Shown here: positions 27,601 through 39,200 of the stretch, in pieces | Layout of the letters: the number at the start of each line of letters is the position of its first letter | Position numbering within the stretch: the stretch's first letter is position 1 | Position numbers and translations under genes: made by a program | Notes under the pieces: model-generated | Database searches by the model: none | The model's input: the letters and a program-made list of their open reading frames with translations, nothing else | What the model was told of the DNA's origin: nothing | From: Octopus vulgaris | Taxonomy: Eukaryota | Length of the DNA: 64,000 bases | Assembly (NCBI GenBank): GCA_951406725.2 | Contig: OX597817.1 | Location: forward strand, 16,492,001 to 16,556,000 | Reading direction: 5' to 3'

Positions 27601-29860
27601 AATTTACTTTGGAGATGTCTATTGGTACATTTTTATTGACTCACGGAGACATCTATCCACAGATCAAGCAGATTTGCGTGGAGTGACCACTACACCAATA
27701 TCTCCTACATAGACCTTCCCAAGCTGAGTGGTTGGTATATAAACATGTAGATGAAATGGGTTACCCAACATGGCTAGATTAAACCACCCTTAAACAGAAC
27801 TGCTCATATAAATATCCAAACCAATAACCCCCAGTCTTTGTTGCAGAATAACTTAATGGGGGAAGGGAGTTTACAATCAAGCAATTTCAGAAGTAACAAG
27901 GCCCAACTACTATGATAGATGTGAGGAATCACTAAAGTTTTGAATGTAAAAAAGGAATATACAAAACTTCTCAAAATTAAACGCTTAAACCAAGTCATTT
28001 CAAAGGAATACAATAGGAGGCCAAAAAAAAAAAATTTTTTTTTTACAGCTCTAGTAATTTGGAGTCGACCAAAACAGATGCTTTGAATTGGTCTCATTTG
28101 ATTATAGCGTCAATGCCCACATTCTGACTCAAACGGTAGAGTAAATTACAGCATATGCAATTGGAGCACAATTCATGCGCTCTTTTTAGCCAAAATATCA
28201 GTAAGTGTTGCCCGGGACAGGGTTCACAAGATCCAAACCCTTGTGAGTTTATAACCGGGTGGTTACTTTCCCCTCAACTATACTCGACTACAATAAAACT
28301 GTTATTGTAGTAACAAGATATTGGGGTTAAATCTAAGAGAAAACAAAGGAAAAAAAAAAAAAACATTTATCAAATTACTAGAGCTAACAAAAAATATAAT
28401 AAACAAGTAGCACCATAGAGGACAACAGCCATTTAATTATTTCGTATTAGTTTTACACGTATACAGGTACCAAATGAAGTGTATTTAATTCCCCACAAAC
28501 GCCTATTGATCTATTTACGTTTTCATGCACGTATGTTGGAGTCGCCCGCCAACCAAATAGATCGGGTGGGTAATCATCCTACCTACGTAGTCTTCAAGTT
28601 GAGTGACTAACATTTCTCTAATATGACCCATAAGAGGATCACTTAACATAAGTGTAAATGTCCAATAAGGTCTACACTGGATATAACTAGACATTCAATA
28701 GAAAAGGTATAAATATATATATATATTTCTTTACTACCCACAAGGGGCTAAACACAGAGGGAACAAACAAGGACAGACAAACGGATTAAGTCGACTACAT
28801 CAACCCCAGTGCGTAACTGGTACTTAATTTATCGACCCCGAAAGGATGAAAGGCAAAGTCGACCTCGGCGGAATTTGAACTCGGAACATAACGACAGACG
28901 AAATACGGTTACGAATTTCGCCCGGTGTGCTACCGTTTCTGCCAGCTCACCGCCTACGGTATAAATATGTATATATATATAAACAGAAATACGTATCAAT
29001 ATGTTACCTTCCATTCGTCACCGAGACTTTCAGCACTGATTTCCGCAGAAATACGCTTATCATAAAATGGTCGCAATTTCTTTTCGGCATCGATTTCGAT
29101 TAACTTTTGGCAGCCAGTGGCTGGATACGAGATATTCAGCTGAAAATTGAAAATAAATATACATTTGAAGCTTCAATTCTAACCAGTAGTTATAATCACA
29201 ATCAAAGAAATTACTGAAATTACATTATTATAAGAAACGTTAATTGCAACATAATGAAATTTAATATTGAGGTGGACCAAAGAACTTGTAACTACAAATG
29301 CGCGCCGACACGGTTTCAGAACCGAGTAAGTGCAGTATTTATGGGATTCTGATGCAACATTAAAAAGCTTCAGTGGGGTTTCTAACAGAAATTTAATGAT
29401 ATTGTAAATTTACAAATGAATATAGCCACATATATATACAACAATGGAGGTTATAAACTCTTGGTTGGATGTCGGTGTCGAAATAGGGATTAGTCGTAAG
29501 TATAGTACCCGTACACCACTTATAAGCAGTCTAAAAATTATTTAAAAGCCAAAAAATATCAACAGCTCTCGAAATGAGGGGAAAAAGTATCATTTCGACA
29601 AAGATTATAGCGAGACAGCACTGGAATAAGCCATTATAAAATTAATTACGATCACCCATGTGTTGTTACATGGCTGTCGTGTTTAACGTGGACTTTCGGC
29701 AACTTTATCAGTTGTCATCTTCATTATTTAAATAAGTTTCATATAATTTTTTCTTTTCATCGAGACAAATAAAGTATCTACTATTCAAATATGACATTAT
29801 TTTAGCAAGATACAAATCGTAAAACAAGTAAAAATTAATATTTTGTTAACATACCTTCAT
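19809..29860 (-). CDS. RPS6: 40S ribosomal protein S6 (eS6), 5 coding exons, predicted 786 aa with long basic C-terminal extension
   Basis: complement(join(19809..21661,21976..22134,22232..22442,29008..29139,29855..29860)) = 2361 nt. All introns are GT..AG and phase-compatible. Translation [19 protein letters not shown]...[12 protein letters not shown]...RKSVRGCIV...RRLGPKRA...[11 protein letters not shown] is unmistakable eS6. Confidence 0.97.
21777..21906 (-). ncRNA. Structured intronic RNA candidate (H/ACA-like) in RPS6 intron 4
   Basis: Bracketed by a perfect 16-bp inverted repeat (21761..21776/21907..21922); long hairpin ending in ACA-GAT exactly at the repeat; AAATCA H-like box; paralogous copy in intron 2. 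Confidence 0.45.
21976..22134 (-). CDS. RPS6: RPS6 exon 4 ([53 protein letters not shown])
   Basis: tttcag|GT...AAAC|gtaagt; 159 nt. Confidence 0.96.
22232..22442 (-). CDS. RPS6: RPS6 exon 3 ([20 protein letters not shown]...LIIIKK)
   Basis: catacag|GGC...AAAG|gtatgt; 211 nt; overlaps ORF 22131..22394. Confidence 0.97.
23748..24097. repeat. ~350-bp inverted duplicate of 30536..30884
   Basis: Reverse-complement alignment by eye with scattered substitutions. Confidence 0.9.
24228..24352 (-). ncRNA. Box H/ACA snoRNA candidate, copy 1 (RPS6 intron 2)
   Basis: Hairpin (ACTACAATAA/TTATTGTAGT), H box AAAGTA, hairpin (TCACAAG/CTTGTGA; CCGG/CCGG), then ACA+3 nt; 15 nt from upper stem to ACA; sense to host gene. 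Confidence 0.75.
24816..26345 (-). mobile_element. 5'-truncated CR1-type LINE in RPS6 intron 2
   Basis: RT motifs [58 protein letters not shown] in ORFs 26094..26411, 25206..26087, 25127..25333; (TAAC)n tail; frameshifts. Confidence 0.92.
28203..28327 (-). ncRNA. Box H/ACA snoRNA candidate, copy 2 (RPS6 intron 2)
   Basis: Near-identical paralog of 24228..24352 with both boxes and both upper stems intact. Confidence 0.75.
28531..28678 (-). ncRNA. Box H/ACA snoRNA candidate (RPS6 intron 2)
   Basis: Hairpin GACCTTAT..CACTTA-TGT-TAAGTG..ATGGGTC, H box AGAGAA (28614..28619), second hairpin GTCACTC../..GGGCGAC, terminal ACATAC. Confidence 0.5.
29008..29139 (-). CDS. RPS6: RPS6 exon 2 ([44 protein letters not shown])
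   Basis: ttttcag|CTG...AAG|gtaaca; 132 nt; conserved eS6 N-terminus. Confidence 0.96.
29855..29860 (-). CDS. RPS6: RPS6 exon 1 coding part (ATG AAG)
   Basis: Minus strand reads ...GGAACAGCT ATG AAG|gtatgt, ~40 nt downstream of a pyrimidine-rich TCT start. A two-codon first exon is typical of animal RPS6. Confidence 0.9.
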
Positions 29861-29888
29861 AGCTGTTCCTTACAACGGAACTATCACG

Positions 29889-29900
29889 CGAGAAAGAGGC
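29889..29900 (-). promoter_or_regulatory. TCT initiator / 5'TOP motif of RPS6
   Basis: Minus strand GCCTCTTTCTCG ~40 nt upstream of the ATG matches the YC(+1)TYTYY ribosomal-protein core promoter. Confidence 0.85.
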
Positions 29901-30299
29901 TAGATTCACACGCGTTAATCTGATTTATAATTCCCGACTGTCGTTACGTATATAATGCCACAATTTTTTTCCAAAAAGAATGATTTAAAAATCCTTTATT
30001 ATCTACAGAGTAAACACTAAAATAATTTAAATAATTAATTAAACGACAGTTAATCAATAAACGTGAAATTAAAAGTACGAATATACTGCGTCAAACTTTT
30101 GTAAATAGCACGCAGATTAATTTCAAATTATTTCTTGGACTCATCGTAAGTAAATATTTATCCAAGCAACAAATCGTTAAGAAAACTTTGCTTATAGTTT
30201 CTCAAAATGCTGAACTTTTCATTTGCACTAATTGTCGATGATTTGTTTCATGTATTTTAAAAAAAATTGTTATATAAATAGTATCGATGAAGAATAGAA

Positions 30300-33200
30300 A
30301 TGCGGAAACCAAAGTAAATAAACGGTTTTTGCTGTTTCTCAATAATGCCAAGATAACATTTCACGCATGTGACCCTCACTCTAGAATTGTGACAATCGTT
30401 TTTTATGAATCAAATATGTTAGATGTCTTCATGTACTTCTTCAGGCCAAGAAAGTTGTACGCAAAAAAAAATAATGTTATTGGTTGTTCAGAAATATAAC
30501 AACTGCTTGTCTTGTTTTACCATTTATTGAATTTATTGAATTGGTTTGTCATTAGAGAATAGGAGTGATGATGGGGGAGTTGGACAGGGTAGAATAAATT
30601 ATTTGCAGCAGTTGTAAAGTGTAGACTTGATAAGGAGGCAGAGCATTTTGCAAAAAACAACTTTTGCATGAATTGTCTTGCTGGCATGAGCTTGATCTAT
30701 TAAAGCATTTCATGGGGAGCAACTTGACAGGATTTGCTCATAACACCTTGAAATGTTCACCACACTCCTATATTATGTTTCTGTGGGATGTCTCACCTCT
30801 TTAGCATTTAAACTGGCCATATCCAGCCAGAGTATTATGTATCCAGATTTGTCCTCTCATCCCTACCTGCAATGTGATTCTAAATGTTTGTTCTGTTACT
30901 GATGTTTACTAACTAGTTTTGTTTATTTCCTTAGACTATGGAATGGATGGAATATCTGAAGATTACAATTGCTTTCAACCCAGCCACTTCGTCGTCTTAG
31001 ATTCTCAAAATTCTTGCTCTAAGCCATTAAATGAAACTTCTTTTTTGAAATCTCTCCCTGCACTTCAGATTCCAGAAACTCAAGTGAGAAAATTTCACAG
31101 ATTTCCCTTCCTGACATATTTCCTTTCAGTGTTTTGTCCTTGTAGAGTTTTGTGAACAGTTGGATAATTCAGATTTCTTAATCCTTTCTATATGTGTTAA
31201 CTTCACTGTAACTAAAGTATAAAACTGCTTGAGATAAGCACCAAATTATTGTGCAAGACCCGACTTCAAGAAAGCAAGATCTAGTTCTTCATTTCCGTAA
31301 AAACGTGAAACATTTGCTTTTCATTTATATCAAAGTCTATTTATTGACAGTTTTTGGTGTAAAGACTATATAGAATCACCATGGAGAGCAATTCTGACCA
31401 ACTAGAAACAAACCTCAAGAAATAAATGAAAAGTGAAAAGTTTTGTGTTTTTAGATGACAAAAAAGGCCTAATCATTTCAGTTTTAACATCTACTTTTAG
31501 ATCAAGGAACTTGTCAGACAAGTGAGTTAATCTGAAATATATTGAAGGACTAGCAGCATAGCCCGGCGTTGCCCGGGTATGTAAGAGCCCCTAGTAGGCA
31601 ACGACTAATCCCAATCTAGTTCTTTTCCTCTAGGGAACGAAGGCGCATGTGTAGGTTGCAATGTCTTCTCTTCACTCGAATACTTCTATGCATACGATGG
31701 TCCTAGCTGTCTCCCAACAGAAAATGTGTTGCATATAAAAAGCTTAGATTCTGGACTCCATGTCGAATTTATCGATTTTTTTCAGAACTGGGGGAACTTT
31801 TCAAAATTTTCGCTGCGTTAGTTTTGAATTATGACATTGGGCTATGTGTGTGTCAAGTTTCATCAGAATCGGTTGAAAGCCGTGGTCAGGGTGAGGGTAC
31901 AACCTGACAGACACACAGACAGACAAACTGCCGTTTATATATATAGAGAAAAGATAGAGATAGCATGAATATGTACACAGGAAGTGTTTCTCAATACAAT
32001 AGCCTGAGATTTTCCATATTTCACTGAAAGGAGACAGTCATCAATATATGCATTACAAGATATTACAGCTCTCTTTTGGCTTTGCATATTTGATTATGGA
32101 GCTCTTCATCATAATCTTTTAACGTCTGTTTTCCATGCTAGCATGGGTTGAACGGTTCAACTGGGGTCTGGGAAGCCAGGAGGCTGCACCAGGCTCCAGT
32201 CTGATCTGGCAGTGTTTCTACAGCTGGATGCCATTCCTAACGCCAACCACTCCGTGAGTGTAGTGGGTGCATTTTACATGCCACCGGCACAGGTGCGAGG
32301 GGAGGCTTGCAGTGGCCCCACGATCAATTGGTACTTTTTACGTGCCACCAGCACGAAAGCCAGTCAGAGCGGCACTGGCATCGGCCACGTTCGAATGGTG
32401 CTTTTTACGTGCCACCGGCACAGATATCACAACTACAATTTTTATTTGAGTTTTATTTTGATGTTGATGTACTTGACTCAATAGGTGTCCTCAAGCACAG
32501 CATGTCACCCTACGATGCTTGATAATATTTCTAATTGGTTATTTGCTCATCTTGTAAAGAATTTCATTTCATAGTCATGTGTATTTGGGCTTGATCCAAC
32601 TGCACAGGATCTTGGGCAGTTACCATTGCCTCTCAGATTTACCTAGGCCTTTTGAAAGAAATTGAGTTGGCAGAAATTAGCCAGTCAAATTGGCAGTGCT
32701 TATTCTTGGATGGAAGGCTCAGTCTTTTAATCAGTTTAAATCACCACCAAGCCCTTCGATAACTGCAATGGAGTTGCAAGCATTTGAACCATGAATCATA
32801 GTGTCTTCCTCTCTTTCTTCCATCAGTCTCTGATATATCACATTCTGGTTAAGTAACTTCACTTCAATGTTTAAATTATTATGAAACCGTTAAAAAGAAA
32901 TGTGTATTTTTCATCCACAATATATATATATATATATGTCACTACAGCTGCAATGTAACAAACTAGATCTTAGGAATTTGCTCTGTCTGGGAAAACAGCC
33001 TAATAACTTGCTACAGAAACTGTTCTGCTAATAATTCTTAAGCATTAAAGAATGGTACTAGATCAGACTGTTCTAGGATATCTCTTTCTCTTTTACTCTC
33101 TTTTACTTGTTTCAGTCATTTGACTGCGGCCATGCTGGAGCACCGCCTTTAGTTGAGCAAATCGATCCTGGGACTTATTCTTTGTATGCCCAGCACTTAT

Positions 33201-36200
33201 TCTATCGGTCTCTTCTGCCAAACCGCTAAGTCATGGGGACGTAAACACACCAGCATCGGTTGTCAAGCAATGCTAGGGGGACAAATACAGACACACAAAC
33301 ACATACACACACATACATACATATATATATATATACATATATACGACAGGCTTCTTTCAGTTTCCGTCTACCAAATCCACTCACAAGGCATTGGTCGGCC
33401 CGGGGCTATAGCAGAAGACACTTGCCCAAGATGCCACGCAGTGGGACTGAACCCGGAACCATGTGGCTGGTTAGCAAGCTACTTACCACACAGCCACTCC
33501 TGATTAACCCTTTCGTTACTGTATTTATTTTGAGATGCTCTGTGTTCCTTTCAATTACTTTAAATAAAACAAAGAATTTAGTAAAATAACTTAGTTATCA
33601 TTAAGCTAGTGTTAGGAACGTAAATTGTGACTAAGGTTTAGTGGAAGATTTTAATTTAGGACTTTTGAAAACAAGACATTTGTATTCAGAGCCAGATTCA
33701 GCCGGGTTGGTAACGAAAGGGTTAATCAAAAGATTGCATCCTCTCATGCATACAAGTTAAGAAGTTCACTTCCCAACATCATAGTGTGAAGTTCAATTCT
33801 ACTACTTGGCACCTTGGGAAAGTGCCTTGTACCTCAGTTTCAGGTCAATCAAAGCCTTTTGAGTGAAATATTAATGGTAGAGACTATACAAAAGCTGATT
33901 GATTCCTGTTCCTAGGTAGCAGAATTAATCCATGACTCATTTTAACATCACCACCTGATCTTTAGATGCCTTTAGCAGATTTATTAGCTCTACTGTAAGT
34001 ATTTAACCAGGGCACCTATCTGCTTTTCTTCAAATCAAGGTAATGTGTATTTTCTGCCCTCTTCAGTAGTAACAGAAAGCTAATCATTGTTTATCAAGGG
34101 TGCAATGAGGAGGTTACTTTTGGAATTGCCAAGATTGTTGTTACTATTGACAGTTTAGATGTCTTGTTTTTAAGTTGTACAGAACAATGTGGGAGCAGGA
34201 AGTACTTCAAAGCATAAAATTCAAAAATGGCAACCACTTAACAGAGTGTACTGGGTGCTCAAAATCTCTCGTGGAAGCGCCATCCAACCAAAATGCAAAT
34301 ATATGGGAAACTACCACCTGTGTCATCTCTTGTGAAAGGTAAGAGAGTCCAGTTTGCTGGACGTTGTTGTAGAGCTGAAAAAGAGGCAATTTCTACTCTT
34401 CTCCTCTGGAAGCCATCTACTCGCAATACCAGAGGGCGCACACTCTCCTACCCTGATGTAATCTCCAGGGATACAGGCATCCAGCAACAGGACCTCCGTA
34501 ATGCCATGATGGACCGTGAAGTCTGGCGTAGCATGGTAAATTCCATTGTCTCGACCACGGTCGAACAATGATGATGATGACTAAGTGCTGCTAGTGCCAC
34601 ATAAAATGCACCTAGTACACTCTGTAAAGTAATTGGCATCAGAAAGGGCATCCAGCTGTAGAAACCATGCCAAAGCAGACTTAGAACCTAGTGGAGCCAT
34701 TTAGTTTGTCTGTTCTCAAAGTGTCCAAACCTTGCCATCATGGAAAAAAAATTATGTTATATAATGATGATGAATGATGTAAGATATTTTTTGCTTGTGC
34801 CGGTGGCACGTAAAAAGCACCCACTACACTCACGGAGTGGTTGGCGTTAGGAAGGGCATCCAGCTGTAGAAACATTGCCAGATCAGACTGGGCCTGGTGC
34901 AGCCTTCTGGCTTCCCAGACCCCAGTTGAACCGTCCAACCCATTCTAGCATGGAAAGCAGATGCTAAACGATGATGATGATAAATATTATATAATCAAAG
35001 GTTGCATCATTAGTCCTCTTATTTTAAAGATGTTCTGAAGTAATTTGGTATTATACACATCTCACAACCATCTCCTGTAATCATCATCATCAGTTAACGT
35101 CCATGTTCCATGGGTGGGACGGTACCACAAGAGCCAGCCAGGCGAAAGTCTGCACCAGATTTCTGTGACTGTTTTACAGCTGGATGCCCTTCCTCACACC
35201 AACCACTCAGCAGAGTGGACTTAGTGCTTTTATGTGGCACAAGCACAGGTGAGGTGAATAGTGCTTTTTATGTAGCACAAGCACAGGTGAAGTCAGTTTT
35301 GACAAGTTTTTTACAGCTGGATGCCCTCCCAAACACCAAACACTTTACAGTGTGGACTGGGTGCTTTTAAGTGGCGCCTGCACTGACAGGGTTACCAAAT
35401 ACTTGCAAGACAAAAGCTTTTAAAAGGCGAGGAGGTGATGATGAAAAGGTTATAGTGAGACAGATACTTGTAGAGGAAGTACAAGGTTACCTGGCCAGAG
35501 AGAGAAAGCTCAGTAATGAAGACAGAAACAAGTGTACTACTGCAAAGAAAATACACGGTTGCCCAACTTGAGGGAAGTGCAGAAGGAGAGAAAATGGGAA
35601 ACCGCAGGATGGAGATGGTGGCAAAATGCCGGGCATGCTCACAAGGACCAGGGATCAGAGTATAAATGAGATGGTTGAGTAAATGAAGAGAGAGTGGCAA
35701 GTGCCAGTCATACCCTTGAGGTTCAAATGCCATAATATAAGCGACAGGATATTGCAAAGGGAGTGTGAGTAAGTATCAAAAGACCTGGGTATATTTAGAG
35801 TTGGAGGGGCTACCGGATAGTAATGATACAGAGGAATAGGGTTGCGAGGACAGGATTGGGGAGTGAGAGCTAGGCATAGTGAATGAAGGAGCAAATGCGA
35901 GAAAGAGAAGAGATGTAGATTGGATTGTTAGGGTAGAGTGAGGGAAAAATGTTCTTGTTACGTGTGGGTAGAACACCCAGGACAGGGGCTGGCAGATGGC
36001 AATAATAGAGCAAGACAAAGCATGTGGGTAGAATGCACAGGTTGAGGGCAAGCAGAGAGAAATGATGCAGTGGCACCAGGACAAGAGGACAAGATTGGGG
36101 TGTGGGAGGTAATCATAGTACTTGAAGCAGAAATGTGAGGAAAAGAAGGGATGTAGGGACGTAGTTTGGTTCATTGTGGTAGAGTGTGGAAGAAGTTTTC

Positions 36201-39200
36201 TTGTTAGGTGTGGGTGGGACACACAGCACTCAGTTTTGCTGATGTGGGTGGGTCTTCTCAAGAACTTCATATCACCAGACATCTCAGCCCATGGTCATTT
36301 CCTCCGTGAGGTCCAATTTCTTGAGACCAGTTCTTACCACTTCATCCCATGTCTTTCTGGGTCTCCCTCTCCTGTGATCAGCACCTCTTTACGCAGCTGT
36401 CCTCATTCATGCGCATCACATGTCCAAACCAATGTAGTCTTCTCTCTTGCATGCTACATTTGATTCCTCTTGTGCCCAACTTTTCTCTCAATACATTTGC
36501 ACTTATTGTACATGTGCACTGATGTTGCACATCCAACGGAGCATACTACCCTCGTTTCTCTCCAGTCTATGCATGTCTTCAGCATTCAGAACCCATGTCT
36601 CATTACCACAGAGTATAGTCATTCGTGTACAAGCATCATATAGTCTACCTTTCATTCTGAGAGAGAGGCCTTTTGTTGCCAATAGAGGTAATAGCTCTCT
36701 GAACTTACACCCAATTCTTATTCTAGGAACAATGCTGTCAGAGCATCTTCCACCATTGCTTATTTGGTTACCTAGGTAACAGAAACTATCTATAACCTCA
36801 AGAGAGCCTCCTGGGCATTTGAGAGAATCTAATTCCTGTGTGCTCTTAGTGCTTATTTTTCCTGCACATCTGCCACATACAAAGACTACTCTATCTAAAT
36901 CTACCTGTGATACCACTGCATCTCTTATGTGTCCATAGTTTACACTTGGTGCAGCGAATGGAATTTCTTCCTACTCTTTTCCTACATATGGAGCAAGGCC
37001 ATTTTCCTGACGGAAAGAAAGTTTTATCTTATAATAATCATTTTTGTCTTAGCTAGGTTAACTTTAAGACGCTTTGATTCCAAGTTTTGTTTCCATACCT
37101 GGAATTTCTTCTCTAATTCTGCTATTCTGTAATAAGAGCAATGTCATCAGCATATAGTAGTTCCCACAGGTACCCAGTTTTCAATTCCTCTGTTATGGCC
37201 TGGAGGACTATAATGAATAAGAGTGGGCTGAGAACTGAGCCCTGGTGTACTCCTATCTGAATGCTAAATTCATCACTGTATTCATGGCTGACTCTCACCT
37301 TACTGACAGCACCACTATACATGGCTTGGACAGCTTTAACAAGCCACTCCTCTACTCTTGACTTCCTTAGAGCCCACCATATAACAGAGTGGTGATCTCT
37401 GTCAAAAGCTTTCTCCAGATCAACGAAGGCTAAGTACAATGACTTACTTTTGGCCAAGTACTTTTCCTGCAGCTGTCTCACTAGGAAGATTGCATCGGTG
37501 GTACTCTTCCCAGGTACAAAACCAAACTGCATCTCATCTAGTTTAATTCTGTTCCTAATCAATTGAGCTATAACCCTCTTAGTAATTTTCATGACTTGCA
37601 GAAATCTCGTACTCTTGATACAAATTGGAAAATTGAGTTTCTTCTTCAGATATAGAATGTAATAGTATTTGTAGTCATCAGATGTAACATAGAGTTTCCA
37701 TATGACTTATTCAAACTAAAATCCTCTATTAAAATGTTATGCTTCATTACTCTTACACAAAGCCTTTGCAAAAATAGTGTATTTTGCTATAAATAGGCGC
37801 AGGAGTGGCTGTGTGGTAAGTGTCTTCTGCTATAGCCTCGGGCCGACCAATGCCTTGTGAGTGGATTTGGTAGACGGAAACTGAAAGAAGCCTGTCGTAT
37901 ATATGTATATATATATATATATATGTATGTTTGTGTGTCTGTGTTTGTTCCCCTAGCATTGCTTGACAACCGATGCTGGTGTGTTTACGTCCCCGTCACT
38001 TAGCGGTTCGGCAAAAAGAGACTGACAGAATAAGTACTGGGCTTACAAAAAGAATAAGTCCCGGGGTCGAGTTGCTCGACTAAAAAAGGCGGTGCTCCAG
38101 CATGGCTGCAGTCAAATGACTGAAACAAGTAAAAAAAAAAAGTCTACATCTGACACCACTTTACTCCCATTTCAGTCTGTTTTATAAAACACCTAATTCA
38201 GAGTCATTAATACATTTTATTTAATCATCCATATATGGTATCATTTGGTGGTTTTATTCAAATGTGTGTCCAATTACATTGATGATGACAACACAGATGA
38301 ACATGAACAAAGACAACATATAAATGCACTTGTAATTTCTGATTTATGTATTCTGTAAGTCGTTTCATTCACAAATATCTGTAATAATATTTTTCTCGAG
38401 GCATCTAAAGTATCCATTTAGTTCCTTCTTGAAACATCCCTGGTTCATAAGGGCTGGTTTCCATGGCATATAAGTTCCCCACCTGGACAGGCCGCTGGTC
38501 CGTCGCAGGTGAGCTGCAAGATGCAGGAGGAAAGAGTGAGAGAAAGTTGTGGCGAAGGAGTCAGCAGAGGTTTCGACATTACCTTCTGCCAGAGCCGCGT
38601 GGAGCTTAGGTGTTTCGCTCATAAACACACATTGCCTGGTCTGAGATTTGAACCCGCGATCCCCTGATCACGAGTCCGCTGCTCTAACCATTAGGCCATG
38701 TGCCTCCACATCTAAAGTATCCATCTGATATCACAACTGTTTCAACAAGATTATTTTTTCACGATTATCCCTTCTTATATCCATTCTTCATTTTTGCTTT
38801 TCTTTTCTCTATTTAGCTTTTTAGTAACTTCTGAATACTTGTTTGTTTTTAATTATTTTGTAATGGTGCTAGACTTTAACCCTTTCATTACTGTATTTAT
38901 TTTGAGATGTTCTGTGTTTCTTTCAATTAATTTAAATTTAACAAAGAATTTAGTAAAATAACTTAGTTATCATTCAGCTAGTGCTAGGAACATAAGTTGT
39001 GACTAAGGTTTGGTGGAAGATTGTAATTCAAAACTTATGAAAACAAGACATTTATACTCAGAGCCAGAGCCGGCTTCAGCCAGGTTGGTAACGAAAGGGT
39101 TAAAACCTGTGGGGCATTTTTATTATTTTAGTGGACGACCAGCTGTTGCAAGTTTTTGGCTTTAATTGTTGGACAGGATTTCATAGATCACTTTCATCAT

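Noticed and set aside
29467-29520. Hairpin + ACA in RPS6 intron 1 (GGTGT..ACACC-G-ACA)
   Set aside because: Good 3' hairpin but no convincing H box or adjacent 5' hairpin; too weak to call.
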